Assembly (NCBI GenBank): GCA_942493035.1
Contig: OW818666.1
Span: 3,936,813-4,000,812 of the forward strand
Length of the DNA: 64,000 nt
Direction of reading: 5' to 3'
DNA from: an uncultured Spirochaetota bacterium
GTDB taxonomy: Bacteria; Spirochaetota; UBA4802; UBA5550
Position 1 is the stretch's first letter. Each line of letters opens with the position of its first letter. This document shows positions 29,948 to 39,462 of this stretch, piece after piece. The notes under the pieces were generated by a model. The model did no database searches, was not told the DNA's origin, and was given only the letters and a program-made list of their open reading frames with translations. The translations under genes were made by a program, and so were the position numbers.

Positions 29948-32575
29948 TTAATTCACCATCTTCTCAGCAAGCTTGACAGCCTCTTCAACAGCCTTTTCCA
30001 GATTTGCTGCATCTTTTCCACCGGCCTGGGCCATATCCTTTCTTCCTCCGCCGCCACCGCCGACAATTCCGACTGTTTCCTTGACGAGCTTGCCGCAGTC
30101 AATTCCTTTCTCCACAGCCTTGTTAGTTGCTGCATAGAGAAGCATTGCTTTGCCGCCGATATCTGAACCAAAACATACTACTGAGTTCTGGACTCTCTCT
30201 CTTATTGAGTCTGAAAGTCCGCGCAGTGTATCAACATCCATATCCTTAAATGTTCTGGAGATGATTTTTATTCCATTGATATCTTTTCCCGACGCGATTA
30301 TCCCCTCGAGATCGGATGTGAGGGATGACTTTTTCATCTTGTCGATCTCTTTCTCAAGAGCTTTGCTTTTTGTTACAATTTCATCTACTTTTTTAACAAG
30401 TCCCGACTCAGATATATTTACTGTTTCTGAAAGTATTGATACTATTTTATTCTGTTCGTTGAATCTGTCGAGAAGTCCCTTCAGGGTTACAGCTTCAATT
30501 CTTCTGATTCCGGCACCTGGTGAACTCTCTTTCAGTATTTTGAAGAGTCCGATTTTTCCTGTGTTTGTAACGTGGGTTCCGCCGCAGAGTTCCATGCTGA
30601 AACCGGGGACTTCAAGTACACGGACTGTATCCTCATACTTCTCATCAAATACTGCCATGGCGCCTTTTTTAACAGCATCGTTTATGTTCATTATCTCTGT
30701 TGTTACATCGACATTTTCCCAGATGACTTCGTTGACCATATTTTCAATCTGAATTATTTCTTCATTGGTCAGAGAGTTGAAGTGTGAAAAATCGAAGCGG
30801 AGTTTTTCCGGATCGACAATTGAACCGGCCTGTTTAACGTGATTTCCAAGAGTTTTGCGCAGAGCTGCCTGGAGCAGGTGTGTCGCCGTGTGATTTGCAC
30901 GGATCAGGTTTCTGTTTACTATATCCAGTTTTGCTTCAGCTTTATTACCTGTTTTAAATGTTCCTGATGAAACAGTTCCAACGTGGATTATTGTTTTATT
31001 GGTTTTTTTGGTATCTTCTACTGTAAATACTGAGTCACCGCAGACTATCTGACCCTTGTCTCCAACCTGTCCGCCTGATTCGCCGTAGAATGGTGTACGG
31101 TCCAGGACGATAAGCCCACGATCACCGGCAGAGAGAGTATCAGTCTTTGAAGTCTCCTTGTATAATGCCAGTATTTTAACCTCTGCAGAGTCTGAATCGT
31201 ATCCGAGGAATTCAGTGTTGCCGCATGTTGAAATGATCTCGTCATAAACTGTATCGAGCCCCATGTCGCTCCCTTTCCAGCTCTGCTTGCCACGCTCACG
31301 CTGTTTTGACATCTCGGTGTTGAAGCCTTCTGTATCAACAGAGAGCCCCTGCTCGATGGCCATCTCTGTTGTCATTTCAAGAGGGAATCCGAATGTATCG
31401 TAAAGAACAAATGCGTCATTTCCGGTGATGGTTTTCTCTCCGCTTTTCTTCACGGATTTGACAATCTCATCGAGTCGGTCCATTCCGTTTTCGATTGTTT
31501 CCAGGAATCTTCTCTCTTCGGATTCGATTACACTTTTTACATTTGAAGCGCTCCCTATTATTTCGGGATAGAACTCACCCATGATGTCTACAATAGGATC
31601 AACGACTTTATATACAAATGGTTCTTTAAATCCAAGGAATCTGCTGTATCGAAGCGCACGGCGGAGAACTCTTCTCAGGACATATCCTCTTCCGTCGTTT
31701 GAAGGATATATTCCGTCAGACATTGCGAATGTTAAGGTTCTTGCGTGCTCAACTATTACTTTTATAGGGAGAGTGTTGTTCCCCTCATATTTCATTCCAG
31801 ATTCGCGGCTTACAAATTCAATGAGAGATTTAAGTTCGTCTGTTTCGAAAACAGAGTCTACTCCCTGGACAAGGGTGGTGAGTCTTTCGAGTCCCATACC
31901 TGTATCGATTCCTGTACGGGGGAGGGGATTCAGTGCTCCGGTTTCGTCCTGGTTAAACTGATTGAAAACAAGGTTCCAGTATTCAAGGTAGCGGTCGCAG
32001 TCGCAACCCGGTTTGCAGTCTGCAGAACCGCATCCGAACTCCTCCCCTCTGTCGTAGTAGAGTTCTGAACATGGACCGCATGCTCCGGTAAGTCCGGCAG
32101 GTCCCCAGAAGTTATCTTTTTTTCCAAGGCGAACAATTCTTTCGGCAGGGATTCCTATTCTTTTATTCCATATTTCGTGAGCTTCGTTGTCATCTTCGTA
32201 TATGGTGGCCCAGAGTTTTTCCTTAGGGAATTTAATTATGTTTGTAGAATAGTCCCAGGCAAATTCGATCGCTTCGGTTTTAAAATAATCACCGAATGAA
32301 AAGTTTCCAAGCATTTCAAAAAGTGTAAGGTGGCGCTTAGTCCGTCCAACCTGTTCAAGGTCGCTTGTACGGAGGCATTTCTGTATGGAAGCGGCGCGTG
32401 TATATTCAAGATCTACTGTACCGGCAAACATCGGTTTGAACTGTACCATTCCGGCAGTTGTGAACAGTAATGTCGGGTCATCTTTAGGCATGAGTGAACT
32501 TGACGGTACAATCCTGTGACCATTCTCTTTGAAGAAATCTATGAAAGATCTGCGTAAATCTTTAGCTTTATGCAT
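29948..32575 (-). CDS. alaS: Alanine--tRNA ligase
   Basis: About 875 aa from ATG 32575 (MHKAKDLRRSFIDFF); class II core, editing-domain motif HTATHLLQAALR, C-terminal DHHA1-like region. Confidence 0.95.
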   Translation of the reverse strand: MHKAKDLRRSFIDFFKENGHRIVPSSSLMPKDDPTLLFTTAGMVQFKPMFAGTVDLEYTRAASIQKCLRTSDLEQVGRTKRHLTLFEMLGNFSFGDYFKTEAIEFAWDYSTNIIKFPKEKLWATIYEDDNEAHEIWNKRIGIPAERIVRLGKKDNFWGPAGLTGACGPCSELYYDRGEEFGCGSADCKPGCDCDRYLEYWNLVFNQFNQDETGALNPLPRTGIDTGMGLERLTTLVQGVDSVFETDELKSLIEFVSRESGMKYEGNNTLPIKVIVEHARTLTFAMSDGIYPSNDGRGYVLRRVLRRALRYSRFLGFKEPFVYKVVDPIVDIMGEFYPEIIGSASNVKSVIESEERRFLETIENGMDRLDEIVKSVKKSGEKTITGNDAFVLYDTFGFPLEMTTEMAIEQGLSVDTEGFNTEMSKQRERGKQSWKGSDMGLDTVYDEIISTCGNTEFLGYDSDSAEVKILALYKETSKTDTLSAGDRGLIVLDRTPFYGESGGQVGDKGQIVCGDSVFTVEDTKKTNKTIIHVGTVSSGTFKTGNKAEAKLDIVNRNLIRANHTATHLLQAALRKTLGNHVKQAGSIVDPEKLRFDFSHFNSLTNEEIIQIENMVNEVIWENVDVTTEIMNINDAVKKGAMAVFDEKYEDTVRVLEVPGFSMELCGGTHVTNTGKIGLFKILKESSPGAGIRRIEAVTLKGLLDRFNEQNKIVSILSETVNISESGLVKKVDEIVTKSKALEKEIDKMKKSSLTSDLEGIIASGKDINGIKIISRTFKDMDVDTLRGLSDSIRERVQNSVVCFGSDIGGKAMLLYAATNKAVEKGIDCGKLVKETVGIVGGGGGGRKDMAQAGGKDAANLEKAVEEAVKLAEKMVN

Positions 32576-32795
32576 GAAGTTACCTTTTTTATTTATTAAT
32601 GCGATATTAATGTAATCTGTCAGGAATATGAGGTTTTTTTTCAAGAATTATTTGTATTGGAAGATGTTAAGGGGAAGTAAGTTAAGTAATCAAATGAATT
32701 AAAAATCAGATTAATCAGCAGAGAGTCATTAAACTCTCTGCTGAAGTATTATTGAAAGAATGGCCTGAAATGACCACTTTAGTTTAAGGATGACA

Positions 32796-33662
32796 TTAAT
32801 TGGTTTTTTTAATTATAAGAGTGTAATCGCCCTGAGTATTCCAGTAAGAACCTTGTTGAATAACTACAGTTCTGGCACTCTCTACTGTGTAATTTTCATT
32901 ATAAGGAGCATTATCAATTCTTGAAATGAAAGTTGATGATCCGGTATTGATGAGATTTGCTATGCTTCCCTGTGCAAGATTAAAAACAGAAAAGTTATAA
33001 GAGTATTTTCCAGCAGGAACAATTAATTTATATGTATCTCTTGATGGACTACCGTAAGAAGAGTTACATTCTCCCGAAAGAGTTATTTTAGAGTAAGGCG
33101 TTATGTTAATTGATATAGTTCCATCTTCATTATAATCGTCAAAATTATTGAAAGATGAAAAATAAGCTGAAGTTTGATTCCTGTCTATTCTTGTTGTAAT
33201 TTTTCCAATGAGAGTTCTATTTAAAACTCCTCCGTTCCATACTTTTCCGGAAAATGATAATTGAACATCGGAATCATGCCATTTCTCAACGGTGAGCGTA
33301 AAATCATCATTGAATGGGGATGTTTTAAAAGTTCCGCTGTCCTCTCTGAAAACAACTTTTACACCATCGTCTCCAGGTTTTAATATTTCACCTTCTATTA
33401 GATCTTTTTTCAAATGGAAAATAATTGGGTGTTCCAATTGACTTCCCTGATGTTTAAAGTTTATGTGCCAGTACTCATAATCCGGGTAGAGTTTTATTCC
33501 TCTGGTGTCTTCATGTTCAGAAGCAGTGATAGTTTTTGAATCTGCCTGAAGCGTTAGTTGTGCATAAGATGAATTGCCTTCTTTCTCATCGGGTTCAGTA
33601 TCGATACAACTGACCATTCCAAGAAAGAGAATGGCTGCTAAAAAAACTTTAAATTTGTTCAT
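32796..33662 (-). CDS. Hypothetical lipoprotein
   Basis: Start chosen at ATG 33662 (GGAG SD) giving signal/lipobox MNKFKVFLAAILFLGMVSC; no recognisable family. Confidence 0.45.
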   Translation of the reverse strand: MNKFKVFLAAILFLGMVSCIDTEPDEKEGNSSYAQLTLQADSKTITASEHEDTRGIKLYPDYEYWHINFKHQGSQLEHPIIFHLKKDLIEGEILKPGDDGVKVVFREDSGTFKTSPFNDDFTLTVEKWHDSDVQLSFSGKVWNGGVLNRTLIGKITTRIDRNQTSAYFSSFNNFDDYNEDGTISINITPYSKITLSGECNSSYGSPSRDTYKLIVPAGKYSYNFSVFNLAQGSIANLINTGSSTFISRIDNAPYNENYTVESARTVVIQQGSYWNTQGDYTLIIKKTN

Positions 33663-33795
33663 TTGAAACTCCATATTGATATTTTTTAAGTCATTAATAC
33701 ATACGTTCCAAACGTGCCTTGAAATAAAAAAAAGTAAAATAAAAAATACCCGGATAAAAAAATTGGTTTTTCCCGGGTATTTGTAATTCATGAAG

Positions 33796-35145
33796 TTATC
33801 CTGCGAGTTTTGTGCTTCTTCTCCAAATGTTAAGACGATCTGCCTGTTTTATCATATCCTCTCTGAAATCGGGATGAGCTATTTCTATGAGAGATTCAGC
33901 GCGCTGCCATGTAGATTTACCCTTCATCTGCGCACAGCCGAATTCTGTAATTACATAATGTGTTATTGATCTGGGACATGTGACAATTGTTCCAGATGAG
34001 AAAGTCGGTACTATTCGAGAGTGAACTGTGCCATCCTTATCTTTATAAGTTGAGCTTATACAGATAAGGCCTTTTCCTCCGCGTGAATTAAAAGCACCCA
34101 TAATAAAATCGAGCTGTCCGCCGGTGCCTGATATCTGTCTTGATCCGTTAGATTCTGAAGCAACCTGTGAAAAAAGATCCACTTCAAGCGCATTGTTTAT
34201 TGCCACAACTTTATCATTAAGTCCGATGATTCTCGGATCGTTTGTGTAGTTTACAGGATAGGATGCGCAGACGGGATTATTGTGCATAAAATCGTAAAGT
34301 TTTTTTGATCCCATTGCGAATGTATAAACCATTTTGCCTTTGTCTATATTTTTCTTCTTCCCTGTGATTCTTCCTGCTTCGTACATTTCGACATAGGAAT
34401 CTGCAAGCATTTCTGTGTGGACACCGATATCTTTCAGATCACTCTGTGCTATCATCGAACCGACAACATTGGGGAGTCCGCCGATACCTAGCTGAATTGT
34501 TGAACCATCTTCAATAAGATCCATAACATACTTTGCGATCTCTTTATCGGTTTCTGTAACCGGAGCTGCAGGGAGCTGAATAAGGGGACAGTTGCTCCCT
34601 TCGATAATCATATCCACCTCTGAAATATGTATACCCTCTGACGCACCGCCGAGGCATCTTGGTATGCTTGTGTTCACTTCAACGATAACTTTTACAGCCT
34701 TCTGGCAGTATGCATATCCGATTGAATTAGAAGTTGAAAAATTGAAAAATCCGGTTTCATCCATAGGTGTTACCTGAAGACATACAACATCAACTTTGTT
34801 ATATTTAGCGATGATCTCCGGTCCCTGATGATATGTAAAAGGGATATAATTGACAAGACCCTGTTCTGAATACTTTCTACCCATGCCGGAGAAGTGCCAG
34901 TCGTCCCATGTAAATACAGATCGATCCTTGTCGGCTTCTACACATTTCAGCGGCTTTGCTCTGGTTGTTGTAACGATAATGACATCTTTAAGTTCATTTT
35001 TTCTTGCTGCCAGTGCATTGTCCATTGCTTCGACATTCTGAACAAATTCCCCGAGGAAAACCACATCACCCGATTTCACAATTTTTGCTGCGACATCGGC
35101 TGTCTTTAATTTTTCCTGATATTGTGAGCTCCACATATTTGACAT
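33796..35145 (-). CDS. Acetyl-CoA hydrolase/transferase-family CoA-transferase (4-hydroxybutyrate / butyryl-CoA:acetate CoA-transferase-like)
   Basis: 449 aa; N-terminus MSNMWSSQYQEKLKTADVAAKIVKSGDVV typical of this family; next to crotonase. Confidence 0.75.
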   Translation of the reverse strand: MSNMWSSQYQEKLKTADVAAKIVKSGDVVFLGEFVQNVEAMDNALAARKNELKDVIIVTTTRAKPLKCVEADKDRSVFTWDDWHFSGMGRKYSEQGLVNYIPFTYHQGPEIIAKYNKVDVVCLQVTPMDETGFFNFSTSNSIGYAYCQKAVKVIVEVNTSIPRCLGGASEGIHISEVDMIIEGSNCPLIQLPAAPVTETDKEIAKYVMDLIEDGSTIQLGIGGLPNVVGSMIAQSDLKDIGVHTEMLADSYVEMYEAGRITGKKKNIDKGKMVYTFAMGSKKLYDFMHNNPVCASYPVNYTNDPRIIGLNDKVVAINNALEVDLFSQVASESNGSRQISGTGGQLDFIMGAFNSRGGKGLICISSTYKDKDGTVHSRIVPTFSSGTIVTCPRSITHYVITEFGCAQMKGKSTWQRAESLIEIAHPDFREDMIKQADRLNIWRRSTKLAG

Positions 35146-35234
35146 TTTGCGCCTCCTTTCCCCTGATAAATCTTTTTATGTATTACATTAAGTCTGTCAC
35201 ATCCGCGGCATTTTAACCGCGGATGTAGTTTGAA

Positions 35235-36026
35235 TTATTTTAATTTGAAAGCGGGGGATCTTTTTTCAGTAAAAGCATTCATCCCCTCTTTCTGATCCTC
35301 TGTTGCGAAACATAGCGCAAATATCTGATTTTCAAATATTATAGCAGTTTCTAAATCAGTTTCGATTCCCCTGTTAATTGCCATTTTGGAATATCTCACT
35401 GCTATCTGGGCTTTAGATGCTATCTTTCCCGCCATATCAATTGCCACATCAATAAGATCTTCAAATGGAACAACCTTGTTTACAAGACCGATCTTTGCCG
35501 CTTCACAGGCAGAGATAGAATCACCCGTATAGATCAGTTCTTTTGCTTTTGCTATCCCTACGAGTCTGGGGAGACGGATACATCCTGAATAACCGGGAGT
35601 AATTCCAAGGCTTACCTCAGGCTGACCGAATTTTGCGTTCTCACTTGCGATTCTTAAATCACAAGCCATTGCAAGTTCGCAGCCCCCCCCAAGAGCAAAA
35701 CCGTTAACTGCTGCTATTGTAGGAATTTTCATTTTATCAATTTTGTTAAATACTGATGACCCGAGTTCACCCCAGGCCCGCCCCTCTTCGCTGTTATAAT
35801 TTTTCATTTCGTTTATGTCTGCACCTGCAACAAAGGATTTTCCGTCGCCTGTAATGATAAGTGCATAAACTTCAGAATCATCATTGACCATGTCAATGGC
35901 CTGTCCAAGTTCAATAAGCACCATTGCATTTAAAGCATTAAGCGATTTTGGTCTGGAAATTGTCAGGATGGCCACACGGCCCTCTTTCCGGTATTTGAGA
36001 TTTTCAAATTCATGTTCTGTTTTCAT
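35235..36026 (-). CDS. Enoyl-CoA hydratase (crotonase family)
   Basis: 263 aa; ALNAM...ITGDGKSFVAGADI and GGGCELAMACD crotonase-fold motifs. Confidence 0.9.
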   Translation of the reverse strand: MKTEHEFENLKYRKEGRVAILTISRPKSLNALNAMVLIELGQAIDMVNDDSEVYALIITGDGKSFVAGADINEMKNYNSEEGRAWGELGSSVFNKIDKMKIPTIAAVNGFALGGGCELAMACDLRIASENAKFGQPEVSLGITPGYSGCIRLPRLVGIAKAKELIYTGDSISACEAAKIGLVNKVVPFEDLIDVAIDMAGKIASKAQIAVRYSKMAINRGIETDLETAIIFENQIFALCFATEDQKEGMNAFTEKRSPAFKLK

Positions 36027-36112
36027 AATTTTAACCTTAATATTAAGATTCTGATACTACAAAGGAGATAACATATTAAGGGGGTAATTGGAATAGCCTT
36101 CGTATCTATTGA

Positions 36113-36166
36113 TTTGTGGTCGTATTAATTATTTTTCTGTGGCAGTGTGCGGCATTTGTTTTTTCT
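36113..36166. promoter_or_regulatory. Shared upstream motif, copy 1 (TTTGTGGTCGTATTAATTATTTTTCTGTGG...)
   Basis: 24-nt exact match to 42092-42148; lies upstream of the crotonase operon start. Confidence 0.4.
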
Positions 36167-36238
36167 ATAGAGTTTTGATGAGACTCCAGCCTAAATTATT
36201 AAATTGAAAAAGGTAAAAAATTTCTTGACAAAAATATA

Positions 36239-36266
36239 ATACTATATAGTATATTTCTATATAGAA
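36239..36266 (+). promoter_or_regulatory. Tandem palindromes ATACTATATAGTAT and TTCTATATAGAA in the MarR promoter; candidate MarR operator
   Basis: Perfect palindromes with CTATATAG core just downstream of a TTGACA box (36225-36230), 20-45 nt upstream of the MarR start. Confidence 0.4.
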
Positions 36267-36284
36267 TAAAAAGGATGAGTTCAT

Positions 36285-36731
36285 ATGGAAGAGTATCGCG
36301 GTGGTTTTCTTATAAGCCAAATAAAACAAATGAGTGGCAGATTATTCAATCAGCTGCTTTTAAAGAAGAATGTTGACGCCTTCAATGGAGAACAGGGACG
36401 TATTTTATATATTCTCTGGCAGGAAGATAGCATTACAATCCGGGAATTGGCAAATCGTACCGGGTTGGCTGTTACAACACTTACCAGCATGTTGGATCGG
36501 ATGGAGCAGGCAGAACTTATTGTTCGAAAATCTGACCCCGATGATAGAAGAAAGACATTAATTCAATTAGGGGAAAATGCCAGATCTTTGCAAAAGGATT
36601 ATGAAGAAGTATCCACAGAGATGGGCTCCCTGTTTTATCAAGGATTTAATAAGCAGGAAATACTGCAGTGTGAAAGGTATTTAATAAAAATATTAGAAAA
36701 TATGCAAGAAATAGAACAACAAAAGAAGTGA
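36285..36731 (+). CDS. MarR-family transcriptional regulator
   Basis: 148 aa; winged-helix core ITIRELANRTGLAVTTLTSMLDRMEQAELIVRKSDPDDRR. Confidence 0.85.
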   Translation: MEEYRGGFLISQIKQMSGRLFNQLLLKKNVDAFNGEQGRILYILWQEDSITIRELANRTGLAVTTLTSMLDRMEQAELIVRKSDPDDRRKTLIQLGENARSLQKDYEEVSTEMGSLFYQGFNKQEILQCERYLIKILENMQEIEQQKK

Positions 36732-36738
36732 AGTTTTT

Positions 36739-36861
36739 ATGATTTCTGTATACACCGGTTTCATAATGAGATTTGAAAGAAAAGGAATTATGAATAGAGT
36801 TAGAATACCTGCTGATGGAAAAGTTATTCTCTTTAGTAATAGAATCAAAATAGGAAAATGA
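36739..36861 (+). CDS. Small ORF (40 aa), translationally coupled to the following radical SAM gene
   Basis: MISVYTGFIMRFERKGIMNRVRIPADGKVILFSNRIKIGK; stop overlaps the ATG of the next gene (ATGATGG). Could be a chance ORF. Confidence 0.2.
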   Translation: MISVYTGFIMRFERKGIMNRVRIPADGKVILFSNRIKIGK

Positions 36862-37559
36862 TGGAAAAAATAGATATCAAACAATATATCAAAAACTTAG
36901 ATGCTGTTACGGGGTGCTCGATTGGCTGTAGTTATTGTTATGCCCGAGTTAACAATCAAAGATTTCCTGTTACAGTTGATTTTTCAGTACCGGAACTAAT
37001 AGAAAAACGGTTGAAACGAATCAGCACAAAAACTCCCAACATATATTTGATGACAAGTGCCAGCGATTTTTCCGGCTGGAAGGATGAATGGAGAGGTAGA
37101 GTTTTTGACTGTATGAAGCAGAATCCACAGCATATCTATTTGTTTTTAACAAAACGTCCGGACTTGATAGACTACTTTACAGACATGAAAAATGTCTGGT
37201 TTGGGGTTACGGTAAACAACAATGATGACAAAGCGCGTATTAAGATCATGAGAAAAAATATAAAGGCGTATCGTTATTTTATAACGTTCGAACCTTTACA
37301 TGAGGATTTAGGCAAACTTGATCTGGATGGGATTTCCTGGATTGTGATCGGCACGGAGACAGGAAAAAGAAAAGGAAAGATTGATGCAAGGGCAGAATGG
37401 GTAACGAATATTAGCAGACAAGCCCAAAAGTATAATATTCCGGTATTCATGAAGGCTGCACTTGAAGATGTTGTCAGGGGAGAGAATATGATACAAAACT
37501 TCCCGGATGACTTTAATAGAATATTTAAGCTGAATGGAAAGGAATTGCACTATGGTTGA
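36858..37559 (+). CDS. Radical SAM-like protein, Gp37/Gp68 (DUF5131)-type, SPL superfamily
   Basis: 233 aa; N-terminal CX3CX2C cluster GCSIGCSYCYA. Confidence 0.65.
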   Translation: MMEKIDIKQYIKNLDAVTGCSIGCSYCYARVNNQRFPVTVDFSVPELIEKRLKRISTKTPNIYLMTSASDFSGWKDEWRGRVFDCMKQNPQHIYLFLTKRPDLIDYFTDMKNVWFGVTVNNNDDKARIKIMRKNIKAYRYFITFEPLHEDLGKLDLDGISWIVIGTETGKRKGKIDARAEWVTNISRQAQKYNIPVFMKAALEDVVRGENMIQNFPDDFNRIFKLNGKELHYG

Positions 37560-38448
37560 AAAGATACAGGAGATTCATACAAAAAGTGTTTTGACAAAAT
37601 CAAATCTGCCGATAGCAGGATATTCAGTTAATCCGTATGTAGGATGTCCTCACAGTTGTAAGTATTGTTATGCCACTTTTATGAAGCGTTTTACAAACCA
37701 TACAGAACCATGGGGTACTTTTCTGGATGTCAAGAATTGGCCGCCTATAACCAATCCGAAAAAATATAAGGGAAAAACGATTATTATTGGTTCCGTTACA
37801 GATGCTTATCATCCGTTGGAAGAGAAATATAAACGCACACGGCAATTTTTAGAACAAATGCAGGGAAGCGAAGCAAATCTTATCATAACCACCAAGTCAG
37901 ATTTGGTGCTGCGGGATTTGGACCTGATAAAAACATTTCCCGATCCTCTGGTTTCCTGGTCAATCAATACTCTCGATGAGAATTTTCGCTCTGATATGGA
38001 TTCAGCTTCTTCCATTGAACAGAGGATCGCAGCCATGAAGATCTTTCATGATGCAGGTATTCGAACTACCTGTTTCATCTCACCGATATTTCCGGGGATA
38101 ACGGATGTTCTGGCAATAATCAACAGGATAAAAGATCAATGCGATTATATATGGCTTGAAAACTTGAACCTGAGAGGAGATTATAAATCTGTCATAATGA
38201 ATTATATTGAAAGTCGTTATCCTGATTTAGTTCCGTTATATAAAGAAATCTATCAAAACAAAAGCAGACAGTATTGGGAGGAATTGAATAATCAAATTGC
38301 TTCTTACACAGAACAGAATGGTTATTTATATCTTATTAACGAAGAACCATTTCAAAAAAATTCAACTGGAAAACCGATTATCATCAACTATTTTTACCAT
38401 GAAAAAATCCGGCAAACTGCTAAAAAAATAACACCTCAAAAATTCTGA
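37552..38448 (+). CDS. Radical SAM protein, spore-photoproduct-lyase (SplB/COG1533)-like
   Basis: About 298 aa from ATG 37552 (AAGGAA SD); N-terminal CX3CX2C cluster GCPHSCKYCYA; overlaps the previous gene. Confidence 0.75.
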   Translation: MVEKIQEIHTKSVLTKSNLPIAGYSVNPYVGCPHSCKYCYATFMKRFTNHTEPWGTFLDVKNWPPITNPKKYKGKTIIIGSVTDAYHPLEEKYKRTRQFLEQMQGSEANLIITTKSDLVLRDLDLIKTFPDPLVSWSINTLDENFRSDMDSASSIEQRIAAMKIFHDAGIRTTCFISPIFPGITDVLAIINRIKDQCDYIWLENLNLRGDYKSVIMNYIESRYPDLVPLYKEIYQNKSRQYWEELNNQIASYTEQNGYLYLINEEPFQKNSTGKPIIINYFYHEKIRQTAKKITPQKF

Positions 38449-38562
38449 GTTAAAACAATCAATACACAATATTCGACTTCTCTTGTTTCTATAATTTTTA
38501 ATCATACTGTTTCTTTGACATTCCTTTTTATAGATTAATACCATAAAGTATTTAAAAAATAG

Positions 38563-38610
38563 TACTATATAGAAATAAAATTACTTGACGAATAATATTA
38601 CTATATAGTA
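38563..38610 (+). promoter_or_regulatory. Two copies of the CTATATAG-core palindrome flanking a TTGACG box
   Basis: TACTATATAGA (38563-38573) and TACTATATAGTA (38599-38610), same motif as the MarR promoter operators. Confidence 0.35.
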
Positions 38611-38647
38611 CTGTTTTATATAGTAATATTATGGAGGTGTCTTTTAA

Positions 38648-38863
38648 ATGGATGATTTACAGTTAAAAAGAATAAGTAGCGACTTATTGAAAACTGCGGA
38701 GGTGGCATATTTATAAACGATAACTGGTGATGGTTTTCCTGAAACACGCGGATTATTAAATCTTAAGAATGAAAAGCAATTTCCAGATTATACATTACTA
38801 AAGATGAAACCGACGGTTGTAAAAGGGTATCATCAGGGCAATACTTACAAGTTGGAATTTTAA
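38648..38863 (+). pseudogene. Remnant of a pyridoxamine 5'-phosphate oxidase-like (PPOX/general stress protein 26) gene with in-frame TAA and truncated 3' end
   Basis: MDDLQLKRISSDLLKTAEVAYL*TITGDGFPETRGLLNLKNEK... reads like a PPOX-family N-terminus, interrupted by TAA at 38714-38716 and ending after about 70 codons. Confidence 0.35.
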
Positions 38864-38940
38864 AAAACACATATTTAGTGTTATTAAAACTACAGCATAA
38901 AATTTAAATTTATTTAAAATTAATATAACAGGAGAATAAG

Positions 38941-39330
38941 ATGAAAGGACAACAAGTAATTGAAACTTTTTATGAAGCTTTAGCAAAAGGAGATGTTCCA
39001 ACAGCATTTTCATTTTTTACAACAGATGTAAAGTGGAATCAACCAGGAAGTAATAAATTTTCAGGTATTAAAAACAATCCTGATGAAATTGGAGCTATGT
39101 TTGGTGAAATGTCGGCAGTCACAAATGGTACTTTGCTTATAGTTCCCAATGGTCCGTTGATGGTAAGTGGTGACTTGATAGCTTGCCCGGTAAGATTTAC
39201 CGGAAAAAAAGGGGATAAGAGTATGGATTTGACAGGACTTGACCTGTTTGAAGTGAAAACCGGCAAAATCACCCAGGTCTGGCTTTTCACTGAAGATCAA
39301 AAGAGCGAAGATGATTTCTGGGGGAAATAA
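38941..39330 (+). CDS. NTF2-like / SnoaL-like small protein
   Basis: 129 aa; N-terminus MKGQQVIETFYEALAKGDVPTAFSFFTTDVKWNQPG typical of the ketosteroid-isomerase-like fold; AGGAG SD. Confidence 0.55.
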   Translation: MKGQQVIETFYEALAKGDVPTAFSFFTTDVKWNQPGSNKFSGIKNNPDEIGAMFGEMSAVTNGTLLIVPNGPLMVSGDLIACPVRFTGKKGDKSMDLTGLDLFEVKTGKITQVWLFTEDQKSEDDFWGK

Positions 39331-39404
39331 AATATTATTCAAAAATCTGAATACTTTGTAGAAATGGCGTTGAAACTCTCTGTGTGATATCACAGATTAC
39401 TGTT

Positions 39405-39441
39405 TAAAAAAGAGAGCCGCTGAATTAGCGGCTCTCTTTCA
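39405..39441. terminator. Rho-independent terminator, bidirectional
   Basis: AAAAAAGAGAGCCGCTGAATTAGCGGCTCTCTTTCAC between convergent genes. Confidence 0.65.
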
Positions 39442-39462
39442 CAAAAGTATGACAGTAAAATA

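Noticed and set aside
30150-30752. 200-aa plus-strand ORF inside alaS, and similar track ORFs at 40007-40528, 5627-5881, 10309-10749 and 13843-14112
   Set aside because: They lie antisense or out of frame within well-supported genes, give low-complexity products and lack SD sequences. These are shadow ORFs.
32576-32795. T-box leader upstream of alaS
   Set aside because: The region is only about 220 nt, includes the terminator of the upstream gene, and lacks the T-box sequence and specifier-loop features.
36113-36166. Resemblance of TAATACGACCACAAA (minus strand) to the phage T7 promoter TAATACGACTCACTATA
   Set aside because: Only 9 contiguous matches and no phage RNA polymerase in the window; treated as coincidence.
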